Assembly: GCA_012026655.1 (NCBI GenBank)
Contig: JAAILG010001033.1
Span: 1 to 64,000 of the forward strand
Source: Hydrolagus affinis
Lineage: Eukaryota
Direction of reading: 5' to 3'
DNA: 64,000 nucleotides
The position numbers were made by a program, and so were the translations under genes. Position 1 is the first letter of the stretch, and each line of letters starts with the position of its first letter. The notes under the pieces were generated by a model. That model was given only the letters and a program-made list of their open reading frames with translations. It was not told where the DNA came from and made no database searches. Positions 36,150-49,200 of this stretch are shown here, piece after piece.

Positions 36150-38100
36150 AGGAACTACAATTTGCGACATCATCGAACCTTGTTGCAAACAGAGAAGTGT
36201 GAAGAAAATCACCTTGAACACAAAGGAGGGGTCTATTTGTTTCTATTACAGAATTTAATTAGGTGCCTTTTTTAGACACTGGAAATTTTGGGCGGGAGTT
36301 GTGGAAGGTGGAAGAAACGACGGGATATCTGAAAAGTGTCAACGTAAATATGTAATACGGTTTTAAAGACCATATTAGAATTTGGAACTTTGGAGCCATT
36401 TGTCATTCCGAAAAGTTTTTCTTTTCGAGCTGAATAACTAGTTGCTGGAAAGCTAGTACATCCGCTGATTATATTTGTTGAGACTTAACAAAATGTGCTC
36501 AATATATTATGTGTTGACTGACCTTACAAAACTTTAACCGAGTTACTTGGCAGCTGCACTTAAGGGACTGAAAGAATAGTGTAAGATTGCTTAATCAATC
36601 TTGCTTTACTGGTGCTGACCTTGTGGGACTTGCTGCATAGCAAAAATCAGTGATTGATCATTTCTCATTTGCTAGCAAGTATTTTTTACCTTTGACCCTC
36701 AAAAGCGCCCTTTTCCATTTTGCAACCTGCGAATACTCAAAGCAGTTTGTGATTATTACAATATCGTGTTTACAACTCAAATTGCCGAGTTAAAGGATGC
36801 GTTTCCGAAAGTCTACAAACGTAACGAAAAATCCCATTAAAGTGACTCCCAAGCCCAGCAGATTATGGTCCTTGCCGTGACAAATTATCTTTCTGTTAGG
36901 AAAATGAAGAGAATAGTTGATGTGTGATTGTTTTCATTATTAATGTCAGGAGATTTAGTAAGTGTGGCTATACCGAGTGATATGAAATATTGCACTGAGG
37001 CTTAAGCTAGAAGATCCAGATTTGAAAGCGTTTTGCTGCTTGTGCACAGCAGGCAATAATGATCCATTATCCTGGAGGCGGAGGAGCTTGCAGCAACACA
37101 TAAATAAGAAGCAATTGGACCATCTGCTTTGATTTCAGAAACATCCCTAGAGAACAGGAGCAGGAGCTGACACCACGCTCCATCTGCCCTTACATTATCA
37201 ATTACAGTTAAATTATGCTGCGTGCTATCGGGCTGGCAGAAATGGATTGAGCATGATGGCACTAAAAAAGAGGGAGAGAATGTGCACATGCTGCATGCCA
37301 GCTGTTTATTTACAAGACCTTGACATTCTTCTCACTTTGTCTGGTGCTTTTTGAAAGGACACACTTCCTGGAGACATTTCCTATTTTCGTGCGAACTCGA
37401 GAAGAAGTGATCTATAGCAATCAAAAAGATCAAATGTACAAAAAAGAACTTGCACACGCGTTTAATCCATATGTCGCATCTTCATTAATTTTCAGCTTTC
37501 GTGTCTCGCGATTTCTCCTCACATTTAAAGCCTGTTGGGTTCCTTCATTTATGTCGAGTTATTGCTTAGGACAATGCTGTGATCCTCGAAGCACATTGGA
37601 TAAGTTATAGATTAGTTGATGTTGTTGCTAAGGTCTGTCTGCTGATAAATAATGTGTGCTGTATTGCTGCCTCATAATGTAGTAACATTAAAGTGGAGGC
37701 GATTTTCTTGGAAAAGTCTCAAATTTCCCTTGTACCCACCCCATACGCGCACACACACACACATGCAAATAATTAGGAATTTATTGAAGTTAATTAACTA
37801 GATTGCATTTCTAAAGCTGTTAGTACAGTATAAGCTAAATCTAATACTGGCTCTAAAAGGTCAGACTTCATTAATTTACTTTAAAGTGCGACTTTCCGGT
37901 ACTATATTAAAATTCTGCCCTATTGATAATGAAGTCAACCTGTTGTTTCAATTATCTCCATACGCTAACAACAAAGGAATAACAAACGATAATATCTTCA
38001 TTTCAAGACAATTTGAGCAAGACATGATCTTTAAATTATATTTAGGAATGACAACATGCTTTCTTGAATCACGGTACATTACAGATTACAATGTATGTGC
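36150..38100. promoter_or_regulatory. AT-rich CpG-retaining, repeat-free region (candidate promoter or enhancer)
   Basis: About 11 CpG in 37381-37600 by hand count, against very few in typical flanks. TCTCGCGATT at 37504-37513. No SINE or LINE recognised inside. Confidence 0.45.
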
Positions 38101-38454
38101 AGATGGAGAAGTGGAGATCTGGTGAACTAGAAATATTTGAATGCTTTCACACAATACTTCTGGACACTTTGTATACACCATCGCAACCTTTAAAATATGA
38201 GATGCCCTTTCATGTTTTTTTTCCTGCAGGAGAGACATCAATTAGACAGATTGTCCCAGCGGCTCTGAGTGCACTTATAATGTGGCTGAAGCCACTAACT
38301 TTCTACTTTGACTGGAACTGACGAGTTTAATTTGGTGGGAAAACTGATCATATTCTATTATCTAATTTGGATTATGGGACAAATGGGAACTATAAACATT
38401 GTACCTGGGTTCCATTTCAGAATGATCTGTCGATTTGTTTTTCCTTTTTTCCCA

Positions 38455-38770
38455 TTAATAATAATCCTTGAGCTTGATATCATACCTTACCATGTTATCG
38501 AGGCATCTCAAAGTGTTTCACTGGATGATTTTAATTGTAAAGTGTAGTGAGCGATTGTCAATTTGTAGGTGAATCCAGCAGCCAATTTGCAGACAGCAAT
38601 ATTCCACAAACTGCATAAAATTAAGGACTTTTATTTTTATCTGAGAGACTTTTGGCCAGGATTCGTGAGAAACTCTCTTCTCTTTTCAAATAGTGCCATG
38701 TGATCTTTAACGTTCACTTGAACAGGCAGGCAGGACTTTGGCTTAAAGTCTCATCTGAAGAACAGCACCC
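38455..38770 (-). mobile_element. Old Deu-domain SINE, family B, 3' two-thirds
   Basis: gcagccaatttgcagacagcaatattccacaaac...ttttcaaatagtgccatgtgatctttaacgttc. Confidence 0.8.
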
Positions 38771-39059
38771 CGAAAAGTTTATTTTTAAAATTTCTCTGAA
38801 TTGCCTGTCTTCAGTTTGTTCAGTTTCACCATCTCAGGCAGTACCTTCTCCTGAGAAAAATTTGTCACAAAGCTGTTATGGAAAAAAAAACCTTCTTGGT
38901 GAGCATGAATGGGTATTCCATTAGAATCCAGTCGTTCGGCCAAGAACTATATTATTATTATTTTCACTGGATCATGTCTATTCTCTAGAGTAAGCTGGAG
39001 GCTATCAGTGAACATTAGTACTTTAACTTGACTGCCAAAAGAGGTGTACAACGCGGTGG

Positions 39060-39325
39060 GATCATTGTCACAAGATCACAAGGTTCTTCAGCCAATTTGA
39101 TTTTCCTCGACTGCCCACCCTACCATCCTCCAATCACAGCTGTGTTTGTTTAAATGAGCCCAGTGTCCTCAACCACCCTCACTGGCAACTCTCTTCTGTC
39201 ATGTAATTACCCTCTGGTTCAAGAAATGCCCATTTGCAAATCGAAACTTCTGTCCTCTTGTTAGCTGCCTCAGTCTGTTCAAGTATTTTCTAAATTTACT
39301 TTCTTAATCGATTTAGAATCTTATA
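39060..39325 (-). mobile_element. CR1 3' fragment
   Basis: tcacaagatcacaagg...cccagtgtcctcaaccaccctcactggcaac...taattaccctctgg...aatttactttcttaatcgatttagaatcttata. Confidence 0.7.
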
Positions 39326-40499
39326 CTCCCCTATACTTGTACTGTACTTATCTTATTGTTAGTGCAGGTTACCCATATGATATGAACCAAATAGCTGCCG
39401 CACTTTACAGTGTATTCTATGAAGTGTTTTGAGATGTCTTGAAGGCATCATAAGGTGCTATATCAAATGCAATAATTATTATTATTATTAAAGCAGAAAG
39501 TAGAGATCACAATATTTGGATGAAGAAGGCATTTGAGCATATACAGTTTGTTCTATAAATAATGTTGAGCTCCACATATCAAAGCCGGCTTCTTAGAAAA
39601 TATCTATTGGTAGCCCCGTATTTTCTCAAGCTAAAACTATGCTCTACAACTCCCTTCCCTTTCTTGCCAAGGTCCTTGAATGCGTGGCACACAGGTTCAC
39701 ATTCGTCTCTCACCAGTCCTTCACTCTGGTTTGCAACACCCGTCACCTACCCCATACCATTGAGACTGGCCTGGTCAGTCACCTGTGATATGTCTGCAAC
39801 TGACACCATGGCTCTCTGTCCCATCCTCATCCTCCTGGTCTCTGTGGCTCAGTGCCACACCACACAATACATTTCCTCACCGAGCCATCAAAGGGAGCAT
39901 ATTGTAAACCTCTGAAAGCTATTGCAAAATCTGTTAGCTAATTAGCAGTTAGACATCTCGTTCTAGGCTCCTTGTCATCAAAGTCTGTGCATTGGAACTG
40001 AGAAAAAAAATCCTGTTAATAAAATAAAAAGCTTGTTATCATCAGGATAATAATTTGATTGGAATAAATTGGGAGAAACTGGGGCATTCATATATAGAGA
40101 GCAATGGCTGTTAATCGAAATCTGCTTTATAAGGATTAATCCTAAATGTAGTATTATAATGCACAATTATACAAGCAACAAATTATTAAGCTGTATATTG
40201 TAGGACCATGTTTTTTAAGTTTTATATATAGTAATCAACCAACTTCAAATCAAGCCTGATCAAAGTACTGTATATTGGTATAATTTGTCCTTAACTGTAT
40301 CCACCGTCTTGATTTGCGGAGAATAACTAATTTGTTTTGTGCTGAAGTTCACATGATGTAAAACTTGCATACTTCTGCAAAGTATCCTTTGTATATGGCA
40401 ACAATCACGTTGTTGATTTGTCATTTGTGCTCTAAATGTTTGGTATATTACAGTTTACATTTTACTCATTAATTGTTAACTTGCCAATAATTGATGTGA

Positions 40500-40620
40500 T
40501 GTACATGATGACCAAAAAGTCTTATTTTTCAGGTACCCTTTATCCAAACAAAAATATCATAATTTCTTTAAGACTTAACAAACATTGTAATAGTGTCATA
40601 ACTTTTGGTCACCCAGTATA
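40500..40620. mobile_element. Possible Tc1-like terminal fragment
   Basis: Ends gtgtcataacttttggtcacccagta, resembling a Tc1-type TIR. No convincing partner TIR found. Confidence 0.3.
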
Positions 40621-42059
40621 ATAATATAATCTGTCAGTACGATGCATTTTAATCTGTATATTTGCACATCACAAATTGTTTTAAATCGTTTGAGTTATTA
40701 CATGATCATTAAAAGTGCATGTACTTTAAAAATAAATTTGCAATAGAGTAATAAATATTTTAATTATGAATTGAATCCAAATAAATTAACATAACAGTTC
40801 CTATATGCTGGATGATTTGATATTCAGTCATTAAAATTTGTAAATCTACTGAACATCTCATGTGTGATACAACTTGGATTTGCTACAATTAGATTAGCAT
40901 ATGTAATTAAATCTGCAATTAAGCTACACCAAATACCACAAAAGAAACTGGGTTTTGGGTGTCTTTTTGTGACGATTGTACCTCTCTGTCGGGGGACAAT
41001 ATCTACTTTACATGGTCTTGATTGTGAGGTTTTGCATTTGTGAAGGGCAGCAGAATATGCTTTTCTAATAACAATTCTAATCAATATTAATTCGACCGTA
41101 TGCAATTCCCGAGGTGATCATTGTCTTTTAATTGTTCTACTTCATATTAGAATAAATCAGGGTCATATTTGAAGAGAGCATTTATAAAGTAAATTGGGAT
41201 TACTTATTTATGCCTTTTTGAAATTCTTTATTAATACATTAATTGAGGCTACTCTGACAAGGCTGTAATATATGGAGCTTCGGCAGAAGATGGGAATAGA
41301 ATCTAACAGTATTAGAGCTATTCAGTGTTGCTGTGTACCAAGATTAAATAAGAAGTGATCCACACAATTTATGATTTGCAGAATTTGGCTATTCATAACA
41401 TTTGCTCATCTGTCGTTGTTTCTACACGTTTTATATTTTATTTGAGCCTTGCATTTGATATAGCAACTGAGTGGCAGGAGGGTGTCTCAAAGCATTTCAC
41501 AGGATTTTTACTGTAAAGTGCAGTGATTGTGTATTTTGTAGATGGAGGATAAGAGGCATTGCTCAATTCACAAAACTTCCTATGAGTCTGCAAATTGGCG
41601 TTTAAACCAAACTAAAACCACATGTGAATTTGGGTGTTGATTGCAGTCAGATATCCACAGTCATGGTCTAAGGCTAAGGAAACAAAGGCAGCACTTCATG
41701 TTCCAAAGCACCTCTTCTGCTCCAACTAACAGAGAGCTGACAGTACATTCAGGATGGGCCAAAGTTATTTCATTCAAATATCCTATGATCAAGCTAAGCC
41801 CAAAGTCTATCAAATACTGATACCTTCAGGTACACAATTATTAAATCAGAACATCTGTTTTGACACCATTTGTGTTATCTGCCATCACTTACCCTATTGA
41901 GGCCAAGTTTTTTTTTCTAAATACAGTACAGTAGACATATATCCTGTTGCAGATGCATTTTATTTACATGGGTGCAGAATGAATGTTTCAGCAAAAGATT
42001 GCCAACATGTTAAACAATGTAAAATGAAGTTGCATATTGTGGAATTCAGAAAAAGATTA

Positions 42060-42365
42060 GTAATAATCTTGGCATTTGATATAGAGCTTTTCATGTCTTT
42101 GAGATGTCTCACAGTGCTTCACAGAATATACTGTAAAGTAAATTGACTGTATATATGTGGATGAAACGAGGCAGCCAATTGCACATAGCAGTGCCCCACA
42201 AACAGACGTGGATTGAAATTACCAATCTATTATTATTTTATTTTAGTGATTACTATTAGGCTGTGAAGTAAGAAAACTTGCCCAAGGTTTCACCCTGCCT
42301 GGAATTGAATCCAGGTCTCTCGCTGGTAAGGTGAATGCTCTAACTACTGAGCTACAGGACTCCAT
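42060..42365 (-). mobile_element. SINE family A, full length
   Basis: Runs from tail taataatcttggcatttgatatag to head gctctaactactgagctacaggactcc. Confidence 0.92.
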
Positions 42366-42589
42366 CTGATAGATTTAACTGAGATTTAATCTCAAAATAG
42401 ATTTAAATGAGGGAGAAGCTTTGGTCCATTTTTCCAGCATGCCAAACCTATCAATTTCCTATTACAGAGTTAAGCTGTTTATTATATGAATCCAGTATCC
42501 AGGCATCAACCACCTTCCTGATAACCCAACCACAGAGAGTTGTAAAGTTGTCCTTCAAAATTCTGAATTTATTCCTTTTATCCTATTGC

Positions 42590-42787
42590 ATTAACATATC
42601 TGCCCTAACTCAGGTGTTCCCTCCATCACCTCATTTCAAGGTCCATCTCAAACGTACCCTTTCGACTGTACTAGTTATTTTCCTCCTCCCTCTTTGGATC
42701 CTTCCCTGTGATCCCCGTCCCCCACCGAGTTAAATGTTGTGTGTCATCCTCCTGAAATGATAAAGGCTATATCAATGTAAATTGTAT
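42590..42787 (+). mobile_element. Degraded L2 3' end
   Basis: ttcaaggtccatctcaaacgtacccttttcgac...tcctcctgaaatgataaaggctatatcaatgtaaattgt. Confidence 0.6.
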
Positions 42788-43494
42788 CTGACATAATATT
42801 GCTCCATATAATATTATTTTCCCTATTCTATTAAACTTCTTATCTACTTGCATAAAGTTTTCTCAGAGACATCCTATAAATGTCCCTTTGAGATGTACCT
42901 TTTCAAGGCTGAAGAGCCTGGTTTATCTAATTGTTCATGAGTGTAATGCAGGTATAGGCTTTGGAGATAGTTTAACTAACTGCATAAATCTGCAGATATT
43001 TTAGGTAGATTTTAGCACTTCTTAACTCTCCTTTTCAGATCTAATATGAACTAACAATGTTATTAGCTGGAAAATATTACCCTTGTGATCAGTGGATGGA
43101 TATGCTTTTCAATAAACAGTGAATTGTTCTGAATGTTCTGACATTATCAGTAGAGAGGGCATCACATGTAACAAATATTCTTTGAATTTTTTGAACCATG
43201 TAGTCAAATTGTACATTAATGTCACTCTGTTTGTTTCAATGTAATTAGTCTCATAATCTGTAAAATGTGGTTCATGTGTGTTCTTTAAGCAGAAGGATAT
43301 CATTACTTAATGCAAAATGTCAGCATAAATGACTCTCCAGATTGAATATTGGTATTAGACAGATGCAATGTGGAGCTCTCAATGCTGCCTTATCAATGAG
43401 AGTCAACCCTTCCACCCCACCCACCCCAAATACAAACACACGCTGTCACTTACACTGTCATATTAGCACATTAACACCCACACAATGCTGTGAA

Positions 43495-43716
43495 GATGGT
43501 TTCAGTGTCCGAAAGCATACTGTACTATTTAGCTCTGCCATCCCTCAGTACAACTGCTAGATTAGTGTCTAATTGTATGCATATTTGCATTGAGAAATGG
43601 ACTGGGACTATCTAAACCGATTTCACCAGAGACCATCAATGGCTATCAGAACAAGAATCCTTTTATTTCACTTGTCTGGAATGGATCCAAACCTACGTCC
43701 CAGAGGTGAATGAAAC
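43495..43716 (-). mobile_element. LF-SINE-like relic
   Basis: Reverse complement ttcacctctgggac..ggtttggatcca...tctgatagcc...gtgaaatcggtt...gtcccagtccatttc...acaattagacactaat is collinear with the LF-SINE consensus as I remember it. Not aligned computationally. Confidence 0.55.
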
Positions 43717-45749
43717 ATTTTTCCAGTCTAGTGTTCTGTCCTTTCTTACACAGTGGCCTATAATTAATGATTGGTGGTAGAAGCATCAGGATCAGTCCAT
43801 TAACAGTACATTCCAGTTATGTTAAATTGCTAAGTAAGTGACTACAAATGAGTAGATAATTTGTTAATAACAATTTTCTTTTTTTAAATAAAAGGTTCAA
43901 TATTATAACTATTTGTGTGTGGGAATCAGTCGTCTCCTAAACAACCACAAATTATTCTGTTGACAAGTCTTTGATGAGTTCATGAGCAGTTCACAGCCTG
44001 GTGAGATGTATAACATACTTTCTAAGACAGTGCTTCAAATGATTTCAGGCATCTGAGAAAGCCACAAGATCCAATAATCCTGCTTTCAGAAAGCCAGCAT
44101 GTCCTCAGAGATCAATCTCAAATCGAAATGTCAGATGAAGAGTGCATTGCTTAGACTGGGTTCCTTTTGAAAATCACTTGGAAGACCATATTAGACATGA
44201 TAGTGGATTTTTGTTTAGAGCACAGGGACCACTGTAAAATGTTGTCAAATTCTGATATTCTTGCTCCTGTGATTAAAGCCAGGGTTTCCCTCTAAAAACA
44301 CTTCATTTTTAAAAAAAAACAATGGGAGTGACTTCTAAGCTCATTCTAAATCTTTTAGCCATTTGACATTATCTGTTGCAGCAGTGGGAGCAGTAATGAT
44401 GTTGGGAATCATCTGGGGCAGCTTTTATGTTTATCTGTGTATAAGAACAAAGCAAGGTTTAATGCTGCTTCTTTTATCCCCAGTGATATTGTATTAGGAA
44501 CTCTCTCGAGTACATACACTATTACACTTGAAAAAATAATGAAAGATTGTGATTCATGTCTCCTTTGCTCAACAGAAATTACAATGCTCTACAGAATGCA
44601 TTTGTGATCTTCATGTGGATTATGTCTTCACATTTGATATAAAATCAATTTAATGAAAGATAAAGAAAACAAAAACTTGTCAGAGAAAAATACCATGTTG
44701 AGAAGCTGTTTGCATTAATTTTATTCCCAGAAACTAGTTAAGAATTTGCACACTGCTCTGAAACCATCAAGGCATTTTAAAATGGCAAAGACAAGATTTT
44801 GCTTTATTTCCTAAGGATTGTGATTATAAATGGTGAGTGTGTTTGTTTGACAGAAGAGTTGAAGTGGGCTTAGCAGCAACGAGGGAATAGCATCACTCCC
44901 TTCCCTGGGCTAGAAGGGTACTGTAATTTGGTCTTTTTTTGTTTTGCACAAATAATATTTTGAATAAAATTGATTTTGAAGAGTTTTTCTTCCGCTGAGA
45001 AACCTTTTGTGTGACAGTTCACATAGATAGGCGGCAGCTCAAGTTGAATTTGCAGTTTGTACAGAATGATCAAGTATTTTCGTACTTCATAGGGATCAGA
45101 ACAAAGAGAGTTTAACAGCTCAGCAGAAATTCCATCACACTTCATACAGGATAGAACAAAGGGGGGGGTTCAGATTACTTAAATGCATCATTCATCAAGT
45201 ATGCAGTAACACACCAGGTAAAGTTTACAACTCGCATGGAGTGATCACTCAGATAAGCTCTTGTGTGGAGACTAGAACAAAGGGGATGTTAAACAAAGCG
45301 AGTGCTATATCTAATGGCGAGTTGATGCTGCACTGGTCGTGATGATTCACCACGAAAAACATAAGTAAATCATGGCTGAACAGCTTGATCTGAAAGCAAA
45401 TTGGGTTGGATTTAGCGGTACAAGCTAACTAACGAAAATCCTTGTTGATTGAGCAACACTGTTGTGATCTAAGGGTATCATTAGCGCTGGAAAACCATCA
45501 CAGTATCACGTGGGGTATTGTCGTTTAACTTTGTGGTCAACAATAAAATGAATATCTAATAGGTATTGCCGATTAGGATAGAACTTCACAGATCATGAAT
45601 AATTTTGACAGTTTATATCTTACATGAAGTTGGGGGAAAAAAATGGTGTGACCAACTTCAAGGGTACAGGGTAGCAACAGAAGAACACTGAAGAGATTGG
45701 ATTGAAAAATGAATGAATGGCTGAAAACGAACAAGGGCAAGGTCGAAGA

Positions 45750-45816
45750 TTCTTGCTGTAATGGGAAGATAGTAGTGTTGGAGGTTCTTGCTGTAATGGG
45801 AAGATAGTAGTGTTGG
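45750..45816. repeat. Tandem duplication with 35-bp period
   Basis: ttcttgctgtaatgggaagatagtagtgttgg (32 bp) is identical at 45750-45781 and 45785-45816. Confidence 0.95.
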
Positions 45817-45903
45817 TGTTTTAGTAGGATTAATTTGGGGTCTAAGATCTTCTTTTGGATTAGACAAGTCCATTGAAGCCAAATGCCTTATTTGAGTCTA
45901 GAG

Positions 45904-46218
45904 ATAATAATAATCCTTACATTTGATATAGCGCTTTTCATATCTTATCGATGTCTCAAAGCGCTTCACAGAATATACTGTAAAGTTAATTGACTATGTA
46001 TTTGTGGGCGAAACGTGGCAGCCAATTGCGCACAGCAGTCTCCCACAAACAGTCATGGATTGAAATGACCAATTTGTATTATTGTGTGTTTTTTTTGGAC
46101 GGATTATTATTAGGCATGTGGAGTAAGGAAACTTGCCCAAGGTTTCACCCTGATCTGCCTGGATTCGAACACAGGTCTCATGCTTGTAAGGCGAGTGCTC
46201 TAACCACTGAGCTACAGG
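45904..46218 (-). mobile_element. SINE family A, full length, young
   Basis: Intact A box GTAGCTCAGTGG and B box GTTCGAATCC, Deu core gctgtgcgcaattggctgccacgtttc, (TTA)n tail. Confidence 0.95.
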
Positions 46219-49200
46219 AGGAACAAACAAATAGAGTGAGGATCAAACTTACTGTCAGTGATTATGGTAGAACTATGGAAGGGTGTTCTTTGCTTTGGTG
46301 ATTCCCACTCAGAGAAAGGAAAGGAATGAAAGTGAGAACCTGTATTCTAGAGTTTTATGTCTTAAAGGCCCTTGATGTCTCAATGCGCTTCACAAAATAT
46401 ATTGTAGCGTGATTTGACAAAATGTAGAGGCTTTTGGTAAGGAAGTGTGGCAACTATTAATAGCCATCAGGTAAGTGATCATTTCATCTACAAGATTGTA
46501 AGCCAGGCCACGAGGAAAATGTGCTTTCTCTTTTTCAATAATGTCATTGAGATTAGAGGAGAATAGTGAATCAAAGAGTTCAACTGTCTCTTCAGGTGAG
46601 CTCGTTGGCTAGATGGACAACCTTGCCAAGGGGAGCAGAGGGGCTAATGCTCGAGGGGCAGGAAGATGATTGTGATGCCTTGTTAGTCTGGTACCTCCAA
46701 AAGGTGGCCGATGCTTCAGCTGGGTATAAGATATCGTCAATGGGAAACTGTATATGTTAATAGGATACACCAACACCAAGATGCAGTCAGAGATCAATCT
46801 GAGATTCAAGGAGGAATAAAAAGTGAAGCATTCCAATCAAGTATATATATCTGTGACTATAGACATATATCAATGCTAGGTTTTGAGGCAGCCACTGACA
46901 TTGACTGTTCGCACCCTGGTCTCCCTCACTCTTGGGGAGTCAGCAAAACTATCTGTGAAGCCTGACGGGCAATGGGAGAGAGTGAATGTCACATGAGTGC
47001 AGGTATCCCAGTGCTCAGACAGTATATCAAGAGCCCTGAGTTTTGGGCTCAGAATGAGCTGTTTTACATTTTAAGGTCTTCAAAGTGGAAGGGGATCACA
47101 TCTGCATTGCAAAACTGAGATCTGTGCTATATCTCAGCAGTTGCTTCAGTTCCCTCTGGCATTTTCTCTTCCTTCCCCGTGGATCAAACTGTGTGCACAC
47201 ATTAAAATGAGGCTCGCGTATCATTTACATGTGATTACCAGGCACCCAATTGTAATTTATACGAGGCTGAATGGACAACCCAAACTTTGTATAGAACGAT
47301 TTGCTTCTGGGAGTAAGGAGCAAATCTTTATCAATTTAAATATAAACGTAATATAATGTGTGCTTGTACCATTAAGCGAACAGTCATCCTATTGTTGACA
47401 GTAGCTTTAACTGGTTGAAAATAGCACTGTTTGTAACATTCATGCCACAGACCTGCCTTTGTTTCTTGTGATGGCATTGCAGAAAACATTCAGCATTCTA
47501 GATTGTTAGCAGTGTACTATTAATATGTGCAAGTGAAAGTTTGTTTTATGAATATCGACATTTATTGATCAGTCATAACTTGTGAGCTAAGCAGTGTTTA
47601 TGATGATGGCTGTTATTGCTTACTAAGAATAGATGGTCGGGTCAGATCGAAGCTATTTTGCTTTGGCGAGCAAATTAAGAATGAAAGCAAAACTCAGCAC
47701 TTTGGGGGCTGAGGCCAGACGTCACTGATACAAATATGTCACATAAGCAAAATATACCAGTGTAGCTTAGCGTTGTAGATTATAGTTAATGCCTCAGTTT
47801 CAGATTCTTATTTTATTATATTTGCCACTGATTCTGCCCGAATATTCACATCTTCTATTTCATTTAAATAGGGGGGCTAATAATTGATCCTTTCTATGTG
47901 TTTCATTTGTATTAAGATGTGATGATTGGTTCATTTAGACCTGGGCATGTCTTACTGAATGATTGGAAATATAATACAATCACAATTTGAAACATATACC
48001 ATAAGCATGTTAAACATTTGTATCCCAGACACTGAACGTTTCCCACATTTAGCAGCTTGTTGTTAAATATGAGGAAAGTAGAAAACTGCTAATCGGATGC
48101 TGGCTATTTTCTACTGAACGTTCACACTTCATCCTGAAGAAAAAACAAAACAAATTAAAGACTTTCTGACGCTTTTATTTTAGTATGGCCAGTCATTCTG
48201 CTACAATTAGCCATGTGTCTAAATCCTATTCCTAATAGCTGAAACTGTCTTTAGTGGTCATAACTTTGCTTTGCTTTTCTACCTTAAATTCTGTCTCAAA
48301 AGCTTGGTTCTACACACAATTCTCTAAAACTTGGGGTTTAAGGTGAGGTGACTTGTGAAATGTTTTTTGCACTAAACCTCCTTTGAATGTTAATAGCGGT
48401 GGAGGATCTGTGTTTGGGATCAATTCTTGAAAGACAGACACTCTTTATTTTTTGCATTTAATTTCAAAGATAATTTCAGGTGTGGTTCAATGCATATTTT
48501 GTACGTAGGCATGTGTTTTGTGCAAGTTCAATCTTTTGGGTCCGTTTTAATCTCCAGCATTTTAGAGGCTTTCATAAATTTTTTGCAGTGATCGAATGGA
48601 AGCAGAGTTGTCCATCTCATCTCAGTTTGAGAATGGATGTGCATCCAAGTCTGCAGTGATCTGAAGAGGGATTAGAAAGTGTCTTATATCTGGCGATGTA
48701 CAGGTATTTGGAACATATGCCCTATGGATGAAATTGTGAATTCAGATGAAACGAGTTGCAGACTACCAAATCTGACATCTGAATTTGCATAAATCGTCAT
48801 TCCTTATTCACGAAAGTTAAAGCCTCAGTTTTTATTTGAGATTTTGAGTAGAAATGGCCATAATTTGGGGTTTGTGCTCAGATTCAGACATACTCTTGCA
48901 CCTGTATACATAATACTGTACTCACAAAGTAGCATTGTTGTCAAAGCACAACTAAATGCTCACAGCTGTTACACAGCTCACAACTGTTTATAAAAGACCC
49001 CACCAATAAGCAGAGGGTGGAAGGAGTGAATGCTAACATCATAAGAGAGTTAAAAGAGGAAGCAAACGATACGGCTTATACTAGTGATGATTTACTCTTT
49101 TTATGTTTGAAAGACTCATAACTGATTTATTCCTTGATTTATAAAATGTTTATGGATGATAGAATATTTAGAGGATGTGAATACTCTCATTTGAACTATT

